Assembly: GCA_016192945.1 (NCBI GenBank)
Contig: JACPTE010000024.1
Span: 16,001 to 80,000, forward strand
Source: Candidatus Woesearchaeota archaeon
GTDB taxonomy: Archaea > Nanobdellota > Nanobdellia > Woesearchaeales > UBA10216
Reading direction: 5' to 3'
DNA: 64,000 nucleotides
A program made the position numbers and the translations under genes. Under the pieces are notes generated by a model that saw only the letters and a program-made list of their open reading frames with translations, was not told the DNA's origin and did no database searches. The first letter of the stretch is position 1; each line of letters begins with the position of its first letter. Of the stretch, positions 8,450 through 18,718 are shown in pieces.

Positions 8450-9451
8450 TCATCCAAGAACCCTCTCAACCTGGTTTGATGCTATGGCGTTCTTTATCTC
8501 CCGCGATATCCTCCTGCCTGTGCTCATTGGCTCGCTGTACTTCAGGTCTGTGTATGGGCTGCCGTTTATGTAGGGGTTTGTGCCTGCAACTATCCTTGCT
8601 GAAACCTCAAAAACGTAGAATTTCAGGTCTGGGGTGATTACAGTTTCAAGGCTGAACGGCCCGAATATGCCCCTTTTCTCTATTGCCTTTGATGCGGCAA
8701 CTACTGCCTCTCCCATCCTGAAAATCTCTGGCAGCAGCGACTCGCGAACAACCATGGGCACGTTTCCTGTTATATTGTATGAGGTGTCAAGCCCCATGTC
8801 AAGCTGGTCTTTTGCAGCTATCCTTCCTATTGAGTCCACGTTGCTTTCATATCTCTTGTCAAAGCTCATCACTTCAACCTCGTCATTAAGGGGGGAATAA
8901 AAATAGTGTATGTATATCGGAGCTCCAACTATGTATTCCTGTATTATGTACGCCTTGCCGTGGTGCTCCTTTATCTTTCGCTCAAACTCGCTGCCGCTTT
9001 TCGCAAGGAAAAATCCCTTTCCCCCTTTTGCGCCATAGAACTTTATTATTGACGGCACGTCTATGTCTTCCGGATTCCTGAAAATCCTTGGCAGCGTAAG
9101 GCCTGCCTTCTTGAGCCATTCCCTCTGCATTTCCCTGTCAGTTTCCCACTTGAGTATTTTCTTGTTGCCGAAGTAGCTTACCTTGAGCCGCTCTATCTGC
9201 TCTGTGCTCATTGCTCCTGTGAAGCTTCCGTGTGGTATTACTATGGCGTTTTCGGATATGAGCTCATTTTCAACTGAGGGGAATTCCTTGAATGAATTGA
9301 GGGTTATTATCCTGTCAGCCACTTTAAACCTTTTGTACGGCTCTTCCCTGTTTTTTTCGCATACGGCTATTGTCCTGAATCCCTCGTCCCTAGCGCCCTT
9401 GAGTATCTGGAGTGCTGAGTGGCTGCCGAGGGTGGCTATCCTTGTGGCCAT
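8450..9451 (-). CDS. purP: FAICAR synthetase paralog (PurP family, ATP-grasp)
   Basis: MATRIATLGSHSALQILKGARDEGF. Alignable along its whole length with the 6846-7973 product. Start taken at internal Met. Confidence 0.85.
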   Translation of the reverse strand: MATRIATLGSHSALQILKGARDEGFRTIAVCEKNREEPYKRFKVADRIITLNSFKEFPSVENELISENAIVIPHGSFTGAMSTEQIERLKVSYFGNKKILKWETDREMQREWLKKAGLTLPRIFRNPEDIDVPSIIKFYGAKGGKGFFLAKSGSEFERKIKEHHGKAYIIQEYIVGAPIYIHYFYSPLNDEVEVMSFDKRYESNVDSIGRIAAKDQLDMGLDTSYNITGNVPMVVRESLLPEIFRMGEAVVAASKAIEKRGIFGPFSLETVITPDLKFYVFEVSARIVAGTNPYINGSPYTDLKYSEPMSTGRRISREIKNAIASNQVERVLG

Positions 9452-10827
9452 AGCCTTTCCTCCCAGTGCCTGCATATGCTTTCTGTTTTTGATGCTGCTA
9501 TCCCTGTGTAGGAAGACGGCTCTTTTAGGATGCTGATTTGCTGCTCAGTCATCTTTTTTATGTAAGGCTCTGCTTCCCTGTCGCTGAAAAGCAGCTCTGC
9601 AATGCTTTTTCCTGATGTGTGTGCTTTCAGGGTGAGCTTCCGGACATATTCGTGGGCGTCAGGATGCCCGCTGGCTGCGAGGAGTATGTATGCCGGCTCT
9701 GCAGATATCATGCCCTTGTTTTTTTCAAGATTCTTTGTGAGGCTGCCTGCATCAACTGTTATTTTTGACATTATCCTGTTGAGCCTGTTTGCTGATAGCG
9801 TGAGCCCGGCTATTATTTCAGTGGCGAACCTTGAGCTGGCAGAGTTTGTGAGGTCCCTCTGGTGCTCTGAAATCTGGTCCATGTAAAGGGTTGTCATTCT
9901 CGGCATGAAGGCTTTCCACATTGACTTTACGTTCTCAAAGTTTATCGGGTTCCTCTTGTGGGGCATTGTGCTGGAGCCAACCTGGGCCTGCTCAAACGCC
10001 TCTGCTACTTCAGAGATTTCTGACCTCTGGAGGTGCCTCATGTCATCAGCAAGGTTTGCCAGGACTCCGAATGCAGAAACAGCAGCATGGATGTAATCTG
10101 TCACGAATTCAGGCTCAACTATCTGGGTTGAGTGTGTTGCCGGCTTTAGCCCGAGCTTTGAGAGGTAGTCTATCTCAAGCTTTTCAGGCTCCCTGAAGAA
10201 AAGCGATGATGCATTGTAGTTCCCTACTGCGCCGGACAGCTTCCCCCTAAGATTAGACGCCGCCTCTTTTATGGCGATTATCCTCCCTCCAAGCCTGCTC
10301 ACGTATTCAGCTATTGCAAACCCGAATGTTATGGGCTCTGCGTGCTGGCCGTGTGTCCTTCCTATCTGGAGCGTGTTTTTTTCCCTTCTTGCAAGCTCTA
10401 TGAGGGTTTTTTCAAGGTTTAGCAGCTGCGGGATTATGAGATTGCTTGCAGCGTCCTTAAGCCTCGCTGCCTCAGCAGTCCCTATTATGTCTGATGATGT
10501 GGCTGTGAAGTGCACATATGGCTTTGCCTTGTCAGAAACCCTTGACCTGATGCAATTGACAAGGGCCCGGATATCGTGCTTGATTCTTTCCTCTTCCTTG
10601 TATACATCCTCTGCTGTGACTTTCCTGCACGCCTCAGATACTTCCTGCACCACTTCCTTGCTGCACACCCTGTTTTCAGCGAGTGCCTCAACAAGCTTTT
10701 CCTCTGCAATGAGGAGGTATCTGATTGATGCTTTTTCTGAGAGGTATTTGTTTATTTCGCTGTAAAGCTCCCTGTTTCCTGCATAATACCTGTAGTCCAG
10801 CGGGCTTATTGAGTCAAACCTGTCCAT
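9436..10827 (-). CDS. purB: Adenylosuccinate lyase
   Basis: Fumarate-lyase signature GSSTMPHKRNPINFE. Typical PurB N-terminus MDRFDSISPLDYRY. Confidence 0.93.
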   Translation of the reverse strand: MDRFDSISPLDYRYYAGNRELYSEINKYLSEKASIRYLLIAEEKLVEALAENRVCSKEVVQEVSEACRKVTAEDVYKEEERIKHDIRALVNCIRSRVSDKAKPYVHFTATSSDIIGTAEAARLKDAASNLIIPQLLNLEKTLIELARREKNTLQIGRTHGQHAEPITFGFAIAEYVSRLGGRIIAIKEAASNLRGKLSGAVGNYNASSLFFREPEKLEIDYLSKLGLKPATHSTQIVEPEFVTDYIHAAVSAFGVLANLADDMRHLQRSEISEVAEAFEQAQVGSSTMPHKRNPINFENVKSMWKAFMPRMTTLYMDQISEHQRDLTNSASSRFATEIIAGLTLSANRLNRIMSKITVDAGSLTKNLEKNKGMISAEPAYILLAASGHPDAHEYVRKLTLKAHTSGKSIAELLFSDREAEPYIKKMTEQQISILKEPSSYTGIAASKTESICRHWEERLWPQG

Positions 10828-11798
10828 CAGATATACCCCCTTCTTGCGAGGTTTTTCCTGATTCTTTCTGTTGCGTCTCCTGGAACTGCATTGAGCTTGC
10901 TCCCTGTTACCTGCTCATAAGCTGTTATGTACCTGTTTGCTGCCTCAATCCTCACTTCATCAGGTATCTCAGGCATTGTTCCCTGCCCCAGGTATCCTTG
11001 GTCTGCCAGCCACTTCCTTACGTATTCCTTGTCTATCCTTCTCTGCTCAAGGCCTTTTTCAAAAAGCCCGTGGTAGCTGTCCTTGTACCAGAATCTTGAG
11101 CTGTCAGGCGTGTGCATCTCGTCAATGAGCATTATCTCACCGCCTTCATCCCTTCCGAACTCGTATTTTGTGTCCACAAGGATTATGTTGTTTTGGGCGG
11201 CGATTCTTGTTCCCAGCTCAAAGAGCTTGAGGCTTGTCTCTGAAACCGCGTCAAACTCATCCCTGTCCATGAGCCCCCTTTTTATTACCTCATTTCCTGA
11301 TACAGACTCGTCATGCCCTCCCTTCTCTGCCTTTGTTGAGGGCGTTACAATTGGCATTTCAAGCTTTTGGTCTTTCTTGAGCCCGTCAGGAAGCCTGTGC
11401 CCGCAGAACTCCCTCGCGCCCCTGCTGTAGCTGTACCAGATTGATGTTGTGGTGACTCCTGTAAGGTATCCGCGAACAACAAACTCCACAGGTATTGGAG
11501 TGCAGTTCCTGGCAACTGTTACATTCGGGTCTGGGATTTCTATGACATGGTTCGGCGCGATGCTCTTTGTCTTGCTGAACCAGAATTCCGACATCTGGTT
11601 CAGCACCTGGCCTTTGAAAGGCAGGGTGCACAGCACAACATCAAATGCAGAGAGCCTGTCTGTTGTGACTATTATTCTTTTATCGCCAACTATGTAGTTG
11701 TCCCTTACCTTTCCCCTGTAAACCTCGCAATCATCTAAGGCAAAATCAGTCTTTTCCAGGACAAGCCTAAGCTGCTTCCTGATTGTATCGGTGTCCAT
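10827..11798 (-). CDS. purC: SAICAR synthetase
   Basis: YRGKVRD and DRLSAFD motifs. Eukaryotic/archaeal long form. Confidence 0.93.
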   Translation of the reverse strand: MDTDTIRKQLRLVLEKTDFALDDCEVYRGKVRDNYIVGDKRIIVTTDRLSAFDVVLCTLPFKGQVLNQMSEFWFSKTKSIAPNHVIEIPDPNVTVARNCTPIPVEFVVRGYLTGVTTTSIWYSYSRGAREFCGHRLPDGLKKDQKLEMPIVTPSTKAEKGGHDESVSGNEVIKRGLMDRDEFDAVSETSLKLFELGTRIAAQNNIILVDTKYEFGRDEGGEIMLIDEMHTPDSSRFWYKDSYHGLFEKGLEQRRIDKEYVRKWLADQGYLGQGTMPEIPDEVRIEAANRYITAYEQVTGSKLNAVPGDATERIRKNLARRGYI

Positions 11799-11803
11799 GC
11801 TTC

Positions 11804-12445
11804 TCAGAGCTCCTTAAGCATACTTAATTTTATTTCCATGATGCTGTTTACAACAATGTCTGCAATTGCCAGCTCATCTGGCTTGTGGGTGGTGGCAACG
11901 GCTATGCATTTCATGCCAGCGTTCCTTGCAGCCTGGATGCCGTGCTTTGAGTCTTCAACTATGACGCACTCATCTGGCTTGGCATTGAGCTTCTCAGCAG
12001 CTTTTATGAAGACTTCGGGGTCAGGCTTGCCTTTTTTAGTGTCTGCCGCTGTTACAACTGCATCAAAAAAGTTCCCTAGCGAAAGCTTGCCAAGTATGAG
12101 GTCAGCATTCCCTTGTGTGGCGGCAGTTGCAAGCGCTACTTTATATCCGAGAGATTTTATTTTGTGAAGAAGTTCCACAGAGCCATTGATTGGCTTAAGG
12201 TCGCGTCTTACAGACTCCCTGAAATAACTATCTTTTTCCAGCGCCAATTCCTTGAGCTTTTCTTCGTCATCAATCCCGAGAAAATGCCTGAGGGTGACCC
12301 TTGGCTGTATTCCGAACCACTTCTTGTAAACATCCGCTGTGATGGTTTTCCCATGCCTTTCAAGAACTTTCTTATAGGCTGCAAAATGCAGGGGTTCAGA
12401 ATCTATGATGACGCCATCCATGTCAAAGATTACTGCCTTGATCAT
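11804..12445 (-). CDS. HAD-superfamily hydrolase (beta-phosphoglucomutase/phosphatase-like)
   Basis: Motif I VIFDMDGVI. Motif III/IV K...DS..G. 4 nt overlap with purE. Confidence 0.8.
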   Translation of the reverse strand: MIKAVIFDMDGVIIDSEPLHFAAYKKVLERHGKTITADVYKKWFGIQPRVTLRHFLGIDDEEKLKELALEKDSYFRESVRRDLKPINGSVELLHKIKSLGYKVALATAATQGNADLILGKLSLGNFFDAVVTAADTKKGKPDPEVFIKAAEKLNAKPDECVIVEDSKHGIQAARNAGMKCIAVATTHKPDELAIADIVVNSIMEIKLSMLKEL

Positions 12446-13206
12446 TTTTTGCTTTCCTCTTTGTCTGCATTGATGACAGCTGCAGCAATTTCCTTTCTGT
12501 AATCAGCAAGCGCCTTATTATTTCCAACGATTTCTGCGGCTGCAACAGCAGCATTGTCTGCCCTGTTAAGGCTGACCCAGATTCCATTTTTTATGCTTGC
12601 AAGCTTCAAGGCATCTTTAGCACTTGTGTTTTCCTTCACAGGGCAGTTTATTGTCAGGCCATTTGGCTTTCCAACCTTTCCTGCGCCGGCAATGCTGACA
12701 AACCTTATGTTAATGCAGTCGTCCTGCAGGATATAGGAAAGCTCGTACTGGACATTGAGCCTCTTTAGCATGTCTGCTGACCTTTCTGCGTAAGGGCTTT
12801 TTACCAGGACAGAAACTTTTTTCCAGCCTTTCGCAATCAATGCGGCAGCATCAGCAGCCTCTTCCGCAGCATCAATGCCGACAGACAGAACAGGAATGCC
12901 TGGGGGCATCTGAAGGGTTGAAAGAAGCGCATCCAGGCCGTTGAAGTTGTCGCTGCATGGCACGCCGATGACAGGCGTCATAGTCCTTGCAGCAATTGCG
13001 CCGGCAAGGTGCGCAGCCATTCCAGCGCCCGCAATTATAGCAGATGGTTTGGAGCCATTAAGGATTTCGTCAAGCTTGCCAGGGCTCTTGTGAGCCGAGC
13101 ATATCCTCAATTCAAAAGGGGCGTTAAGTTCCTTAAGCCTTGAAACAACCCTGTCGTAAACTGCCTTGTTGCTCTTGCTTGCAAAAATGACAAGTACGGT
13201 TCCCAT
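12442..13206 (-). CDS. purE: N5-CAIR mutase / AIR carboxylase catalytic subunit with a C-terminal extension (partial second repeat)
   Basis: AGMAAHLAGAIAARTMTPVIGVP and GIPV.SVGIDAA motifs. 254 aa, versus ~160 for a single PurE domain. Confidence 0.85.
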   Translation of the reverse strand: MGTVLVIFASKSNKAVYDRVVSRLKELNAPFELRICSAHKSPGKLDEILNGSKPSAIIAGAGMAAHLAGAIAARTMTPVIGVPCSDNFNGLDALLSTLQMPPGIPVLSVGIDAAEEAADAAALIAKGWKKVSVLVKSPYAERSADMLKRLNVQYELSYILQDDCINIRFVSIAGAGKVGKPNGLTINCPVKENTSAKDALKLASIKNGIWVSLNRADNAAVAAAEIVGNNKALADYRKEIAAAVINADKEESKK

Positions 13207-13246
13207 GTGTATAGGTAAAGCCGTTTATTTTTAAATTGAACTGTTT

Positions 13247-14014
13247 TCACGCCAGCATAGCCTTTGCGTGATTTACGATGTTCCTGTATAATGCAAGGCC
13301 CTGCCCCTCCTCAGGAAGCTGCTCGCGGCTCCATCTCGGATGCTGGTTTCGGATAACGTATTTTTCAGGGTGTGGCATCATCCCAAAGACATTGCCCTTG
13401 ATATTCGTTACTGCAGCTATGTTCCGCATTGCCCCGTTTGGGTTTTCAGGATAGCCCCTTGTATCATTCAGCAGCCTGTCGCAGTACCTGAACGATACCT
13501 GGCCGTTCCTTTCAAGCCTGGCGAGGTCTGCCTCTGAGGCAACAAACTTTCCCTCGCCGTGGTTTACAGGGACATGCATGCTTTTGATGCCCCGCGTGAA
13601 TATGTTGTCAGCAGCAGGCTTGATGTAAATCCACCTGTCCTCAAAGTGGCCTGAGTCGTTGCCTGTTAGTGTGGCTTCGCAGTTTCCAGGAAGAAATCCT
13701 GTCTTCACCAGCACCTGGAACCCGTTGCATATTCCTATAAGCAGTTTTCCATCCTTGACAAATTTTTGGAAGTCAGATTTCAGCGAATGGCTGATTTGGG
13801 CTGCCATTATCTTTCCAGCGCCTAAATCGTCGCCATAGCTGAACCCGCCTGGAATGACAGCTATATGGAAGCTGTCCAGGCTTGTCCTGCCTTCTATGAG
13901 GTCATTGATATGGGCCTGCCTGGTCTCAGCCCCTGCCAGTTTTAATGCGTGCTCAGTCTCGTTGTTGCAGTTCAGCCCTGAGCCCCTCAGCACCAGTGCA
14001 TTTGGAACAGCCAT
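13247..14014 (-). CDS. purQ: FGAM synthase glutamine amidotransferase subunit
   Basis: Class I GATase with GICNGFQVL. Adjacent to purL. Confidence 0.9.
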   Translation of the reverse strand: MAVPNALVLRGSGLNCNNETEHALKLAGAETRQAHINDLIEGRTSLDSFHIAVIPGGFSYGDDLGAGKIMAAQISHSLKSDFQKFVKDGKLLIGICNGFQVLVKTGFLPGNCEATLTGNDSGHFEDRWIYIKPAADNIFTRGIKSMHVPVNHGEGKFVASEADLARLERNGQVSFRYCDRLLNDTRGYPENPNGAMRNIAAVTNIKGNVFGMMPHPEKYVIRNQHPRWSREQLPEEGQGLALYRNIVNHAKAMLA

Positions 14015-14015
14015 T

Positions 14016-16853
14016 TTACCACCTGAATGTTTGCTGCCATGAGTCTTTCAGCTCGGAAATCCTGGCAGATATTGCTATTTCCCCATCAAGCCCTTTTACA
14101 GAGAAGAGCCTGTCATCTGAAAGCTCGCCAACCCTTGCTGTGGGGGCTGGTTTCATTGCAGACTCAAATTCCTTTTCCCTTCCCTTCTCAACCTCTGCAA
14201 TGAATCTCGTGTTGGATTCTGAGAACAGGAGCTTGTAGTTTTTCTTGTCGCCCTCGTATGGGACTGCAGCAAGGCTGAGTTTCATTCCGAGGTCGCCTGA
14301 AAATGCCATCTCTGCTGCTGCCACAGCGATTCCGCCCTCTGAGCAGTCGTGGCAGCTTCTTACCAGCCCCTTGCTGATTGCTGAGCTCATTTTCTCAAAC
14401 ACAATGGGGGCTGAGTCCCTTACTCTCGGAACATTGGCTCCGGTCTCGTTTTTAAGGCCGTAAAAATAGCTTCCCCCAAGCTCGTCATAGGTAGCTCCAA
14501 CAATGTAGATGCTGTTGCCTGCCTTCTTGGCATCCATTGATACTGTCTTCCTTATGTCGTCAGTTACGCTTACTGCTGAGATGAGAAGCGTGTCAGGGAT
14601 GGTTATTGTCTTTCTCTCTATGTTGAATGCGTTGTTCAGGCTGTCCTTGCCTGATATGTACGGGAGTTCAAGCATTACTGCGAATTCCCTGCATGCCTTT
14701 GCAGCCCTTGTGAGCCTGCCCATGCTCTCCTCGCTGGAGACCCCGCCCCAGCAGAAGTTGTCCAGGATTGCCGTGTGGGCTGGGTTGCCTCCGGCTGCGA
14801 CTGCATTTCTTAATGCCTCGTCTATTGCTGAGGCTGCCATCCAGTATGGGTCTATCAGGCTGTATCTCGGGTTTATTCCGTTTGAGACTACGATGCCCCT
14901 CCACGAGTCAAACAGGGGCTTGATGACTGCTGCGTCGCTTGGCCCGTCGTTGAATGCCCCGACAAGGGGCTTCAGTATTGTGGCTGCCTGGACTTCGTGG
15001 TCATACTGCCTTATTACCCATTCCTTGCTGGCTATTGATGGGTGTGAAAGGATGCTTTTTAGTGCGGGAGTATAGTCTTTTTCCTCCCTGAAATCAGGCT
15101 CTTTCAGCATTGGCGTTTTCCATACTGCCTTCCTGCTGCGCTTAGGCAGGCCCTGGTGCAGGAATTCCATGTCCAGGTCAATAACCCTCTTGGTTCCGTA
15201 GTAAACCTCCAGCCTCTTGTTTCCTGTAAACTCTCCGATGATAGTTGCCTCAGTTCCCTCTTTTCTGCATATCCTGATGAACTCGTCAACATTCCCTGTT
15301 GGGACAGAGAAAACCATTCTCTCCTGGGATTCTGAAACCCAAATCTCCCAGGGGACCATTGCCTGGTGCTTGAGTGGAACCCTGTCCAGGAAAACACGAA
15401 CTCCTGTGTCTTTTGCCATTTCGCCTATGGCAGAGCTGAATCCCCCTCCGCCGCAGTCAGACACGAATGTGTAAAGCCCCTTGTCTCTTGCTTCAAGCAT
15501 GGCGTCCATGAATTTTTTTTCCTCTATGGCGTTTCCAATCTGGACTGCGCTGCTTGGCGAGTCCTCGTCAAGCTCGGCTGAGCTGAATGTGGCTCCGTGA
15601 ATCCCATCCCGCCCAGTCCTCCCTCCAATAACAACTAAAAGCTCTCCCTCGGAAATCCTTTTTTTCTCCATTCCGTCAGGGATTATGCCTGCTGTGCCGC
15701 AGTAGACCAGGGGTGCTCCAAGGTAGTTGTCATGGAATATAATAGCGCCGTTGACTGTTGGTATGCCCATCCTGTTGCCGTAATCACGGACAGCGTTGAC
15801 AACGCCCTTCATTATTCTCTTCGGATGCAGGATTTTCTCAGGGATTTTGCCCTTGTAGTTGGGTGGTGCGAAGCAGAAAACATCTGTATTGAAAATTGGC
15901 TTTGCTCCCAGGCCTGCTGCCAGGATGTCTCTTATGACTCCTCCTATTCCGGTTCCTGCGCCTCCGTAGGGGTCCAGGGCTGATGGGTGGTTGTGGGTTT
16001 CCACCTTGAACGCTACATTCACGTTATCAGTGAACCTTATGATGCCTGCATTGTCGCTGAAGACAGACACGAGCCAGTCCTTATTTAATGATTCTGTTGC
16101 TGCTACTATTGTTTCCTTGAACAGGTTCCTGATGAGCTGCCTTTTTCCATCTTCAAGGTATTCCACTTCAGAGTTGAATGTCTTGTGCTTGCAGTGCTCG
16201 CTCCATGTCTGCGCAATGGTCTCAAGCTCGCCGTCAGTGGGGTTGCGCTTTATCTCCCTGAAATAGTCCCTTATTGTCTTCATTTCCTCAATGTTCAGGG
16301 ACAGCAGCCCCTCCCTGCTAATTCTCATAAGCTCAGTTTCGTCAGCATCTGCCAGGTCTATGGTTTCAACCCTTGGCTCAACTGAGTGCCCTGATAAAGG
16401 TGCTGTTTTTGTAGCTGAGGTTTCATATCCAACAGTGCAGTCCTGGATTATCTCGTTTGAAAGGAACTTTCCAATCCTTCCTGCATCCGGCTCGCCTATT
16501 CCCTCAACGATTACCTTCTGGGAGGTTTTGACTGAGCCTGCATCAATTCCTATGCCTGCTATCGCCTCCATTGCGCTGAGCTCAACAGGGTCCTGGACTC
16601 CCCTCCTGTATGCGATTTCAATTATCCAGCATCCCTTGAAGCCCTTGTTGCCGATGAAATGCTCCTGCACCAGCCTTTCAGTGAGCAGCTCTTCAGCTAT
16701 TGCCTTTGCCTGGTTTTCGTCAACGCCCTCAATGGTGTAAACATCAGCAACAGAAACCATTTTGCAGGATATTCCCAGGTCTTCTGAAAGGGCATTCTTC
16801 AGGGATTCCCCCCTTAAGTCTTTTCCTTTTGGGTAAATCTCAATCCTCGGCAT
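14016..16853 (-). CDS. purL: FGAM synthase II fused to N-terminal PurS-like domain(s) (PurS-PurL fusion)
   Basis: 945 aa versus ~720 for PurL. PurL core begins near RISREGLLSLNIEEM...ETIAQTWSEHCKHKTF. The preceding ~170 aa look like one or two PurS-like units. No separate purS in the window. Confidence 0.9.
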   Translation of the reverse strand: MPRIEIYPKGKDLRGESLKNALSEDLGISCKMVSVADVYTIEGVDENQAKAIAEELLTERLVQEHFIGNKGFKGCWIIEIAYRRGVQDPVELSAMEAIAGIGIDAGSVKTSQKVIVEGIGEPDAGRIGKFLSNEIIQDCTVGYETSATKTAPLSGHSVEPRVETIDLADADETELMRISREGLLSLNIEEMKTIRDYFREIKRNPTDGELETIAQTWSEHCKHKTFNSEVEYLEDGKRQLIRNLFKETIVAATESLNKDWLVSVFSDNAGIIRFTDNVNVAFKVETHNHPSALDPYGGAGTGIGGVIRDILAAGLGAKPIFNTDVFCFAPPNYKGKIPEKILHPKRIMKGVVNAVRDYGNRMGIPTVNGAIIFHDNYLGAPLVYCGTAGIIPDGMEKKRISEGELLVVIGGRTGRDGIHGATFSSAELDEDSPSSAVQIGNAIEEKKFMDAMLEARDKGLYTFVSDCGGGGFSSAIGEMAKDTGVRVFLDRVPLKHQAMVPWEIWVSESQERMVFSVPTGNVDEFIRICRKEGTEATIIGEFTGNKRLEVYYGTKRVIDLDMEFLHQGLPKRSRKAVWKTPMLKEPDFREEKDYTPALKSILSHPSIASKEWVIRQYDHEVQAATILKPLVGAFNDGPSDAAVIKPLFDSWRGIVVSNGINPRYSLIDPYWMAASAIDEALRNAVAAGGNPAHTAILDNFCWGGVSSEESMGRLTRAAKACREFAVMLELPYISGKDSLNNAFNIERKTITIPDTLLISAVSVTDDIRKTVSMDAKKAGNSIYIVGATYDELGGSYFYGLKNETGANVPRVRDSAPIVFEKMSSAISKGLVRSCHDCSEGGIAVAAAEMAFSGDLGMKLSLAAVPYEGDKKNYKLLFSESNTRFIAEVEKGREKEFESAMKPAPTARVGELSDDRLFSVKGLDGEIAISARISELKDSWQQTFRW

Positions 16854-17868
16854 ATTTTACTCCATTCCCACTTGCTGTCTCTCCTATTATCCATGCCTTC
16901 TCTTTCATCTGCCTTAATTTTGCCAGCATTCCTGCTGCATCGCGCTTGTCAACCGCCAGTATGATTCCTATGCCCATGTTGAATGTGCGCATCATGTCGC
17001 TGTCAGGTATGCCCCCCTTCTTCTGCAATAGCCTGAATATCGGCGGAACTTCCCAGTTCTTGGTTATTATCTTTGCCCCGACTCCCTCAGGCAGTATCCT
17101 TGGGAGGTTGTCTGTTATTCCTCCTCCTGTTATGTGTGCAATTCCCTTTATTATAAATTTTTTTTCAAGCCCAAGGAACATGCCCACATATTCCCTGTGC
17201 GGCTCAAGCAATGCCTCTCCTATTGTTGAGTTAAGCTCTTTAATGTAATCTCCTGGTTTGTAGCCTGCCATCTCAAACAGCACTTTTCTTGCCAGGGAGT
17301 AGCCGTTAGTGTGAAGTCCTGTTGATGCCACTCCTATCAGGGCGTCCCCCTCAGCTATCCTGGAGCCGTCAATTATTTCAGACTCCTCAACCAGCCCGCC
17401 TATGACCCCCGCAATGTCATTCTCGCCCTTTACATAAACGCCTGGCATCTGGGCTGTTTCGCCTCCTGCGAGGGTTATGCCGAGCTTTTTGCAGGCCTCT
17501 GCAACGCCCTTCACAATTTCAGGGGCAATATCCTGGTCTATCTTCCCGCTTGCTATGTAGTCCAGGAAAAAGAGCGGCTTTGCCCCGCTTGTGAGTATGT
17601 CATTTGCGCAGTGGTTGACAAGGTCTATCCCGACTGTGTCGTACTTGTTCATCATTCTTGCAACCATCAGCTTTGTTCCGACCCCGTCTGCGCTGAGCAT
17701 CAGCACCGGCTCCCTGTACTTGTTTAGGTTAAGCCTTATGCCCCCGCAGAAGAATCCTGGCTTGACAAATGAATCAGCAGTCAAAGTTCCCTTTACAAGC
17801 TCCTTTATCCTCGCCTTTGCCTTCTCGGCAACATCAATGTCAACGCCGGAATCCTTGTATGTTGTCAT
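16840..17868 (-). CDS. purM: AIR synthetase
   Basis: MTTYKDSGVDIDVAEKAKARIKELVKG. Typical PurM length and motifs. Confidence 0.93.
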   Translation of the reverse strand: MTTYKDSGVDIDVAEKAKARIKELVKGTLTADSFVKPGFFCGGIRLNLNKYREPVLMLSADGVGTKLMVARMMNKYDTVGIDLVNHCANDILTSGAKPLFFLDYIASGKIDQDIAPEIVKGVAEACKKLGITLAGGETAQMPGVYVKGENDIAGVIGGLVEESEIIDGSRIAEGDALIGVASTGLHTNGYSLARKVLFEMAGYKPGDYIKELNSTIGEALLEPHREYVGMFLGLEKKFIIKGIAHITGGGITDNLPRILPEGVGAKIITKNWEVPPIFRLLQKKGGIPDSDMMRTFNMGIGIILAVDKRDAAGMLAKLRQMKEKAWIIGETASGNGVKYAED

Positions 17869-18707
17869 TTTTCTCCCTCAATGTTTTTGTAGCACTGCAG
17901 GGTGTTCTCAAGCAGCATGGCAACTGTCATGGGCCCTACGCCGCCTGGGACTGGTGTTATCCAGCCTGCCTTTTCCCTTGCCTTTTCGTAGTCAACGTCT
18001 CCAATGAGCCTGCCGTTGACCTTTGTTGTGCCGACATCTATTACTGCCGATCCCTGCCTGACCATTTCTGCTGTAACAAGCCCTGGCTTTCCTGCGGCTG
18101 CAACTATTATGTCTGCCTTGAGCGTGTGCTCCCTCAAATTAGCTGTCTTGCTGTGGCAGATTGTTACTGTTGCGTTCCTGTTGAGCAGCATAAGCGCGGT
18201 TGGCTTCCCGACTATCTCGCTTCTTCCGATAATGACGGCGTTTTTTCCCTCTATTGGGATTTTATACAGCTCCAGAAGCCTTATGATGCCCTTTGGGGTG
18301 CATGGGACTGAACTTTCATTCCCTGCCAGCAACTGGCTCTTGCTATGGCTGGTGAACCCGTCAACATCCTTGCTGGCTTCTATCGCTGAAAGTATTCTGT
18401 GTTCGCTGATGTGCTTTGGCAGGGGGAGCTGGACGAGTATGGCGTGGATTGTTTTTTTGGAGTTTAAGCTTTTTATCAGCTCAGTCAGCCCGCTTTCTGT
18501 TGTTGCCTCAGGAAGGCTGTATCTCTCTGAGAGTATTCCTGTCTCCCTGCATGTCCGCTCTTTTATGTCCACGTACATTTTTGATGCAGGGTTGCTGCCG
18601 ACTATTATGGCTGCAAGCCCGGGCTTCTTTCCGAGCCTGCTTATCTCATCCCTGAGCTGGCTTCTTATCGCTTCAGCTGCTTTTTTGCCGTCAAGTATTG
18701 TTGCCAT
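17865..18707 (-). CDS. folD: Methylene-THF dehydrogenase / methenyl-THF cyclohydrolase
   Basis: MATILDGKKAAEAIRSQLRDE...GLAAIIVG...MYVDIKE. Rossmann GGVGPMTVAMLLENT. Confidence 0.9.
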   Translation of the reverse strand: MATILDGKKAAEAIRSQLRDEISRLGKKPGLAAIIVGSNPASKMYVDIKERTCRETGILSERYSLPEATTESGLTELIKSLNSKKTIHAILVQLPLPKHISEHRILSAIEASKDVDGFTSHSKSQLLAGNESSVPCTPKGIIRLLELYKIPIEGKNAVIIGRSEIVGKPTALMLLNRNATVTICHSKTANLREHTLKADIIVAAAGKPGLVTAEMVRQGSAVIDVGTTKVNGRLIGDVDYEKAREKAGWITPVPGGVGPMTVAMLLENTLQCYKNIEGEK

Positions 18708-18718
18708 TTTGATTGTTT

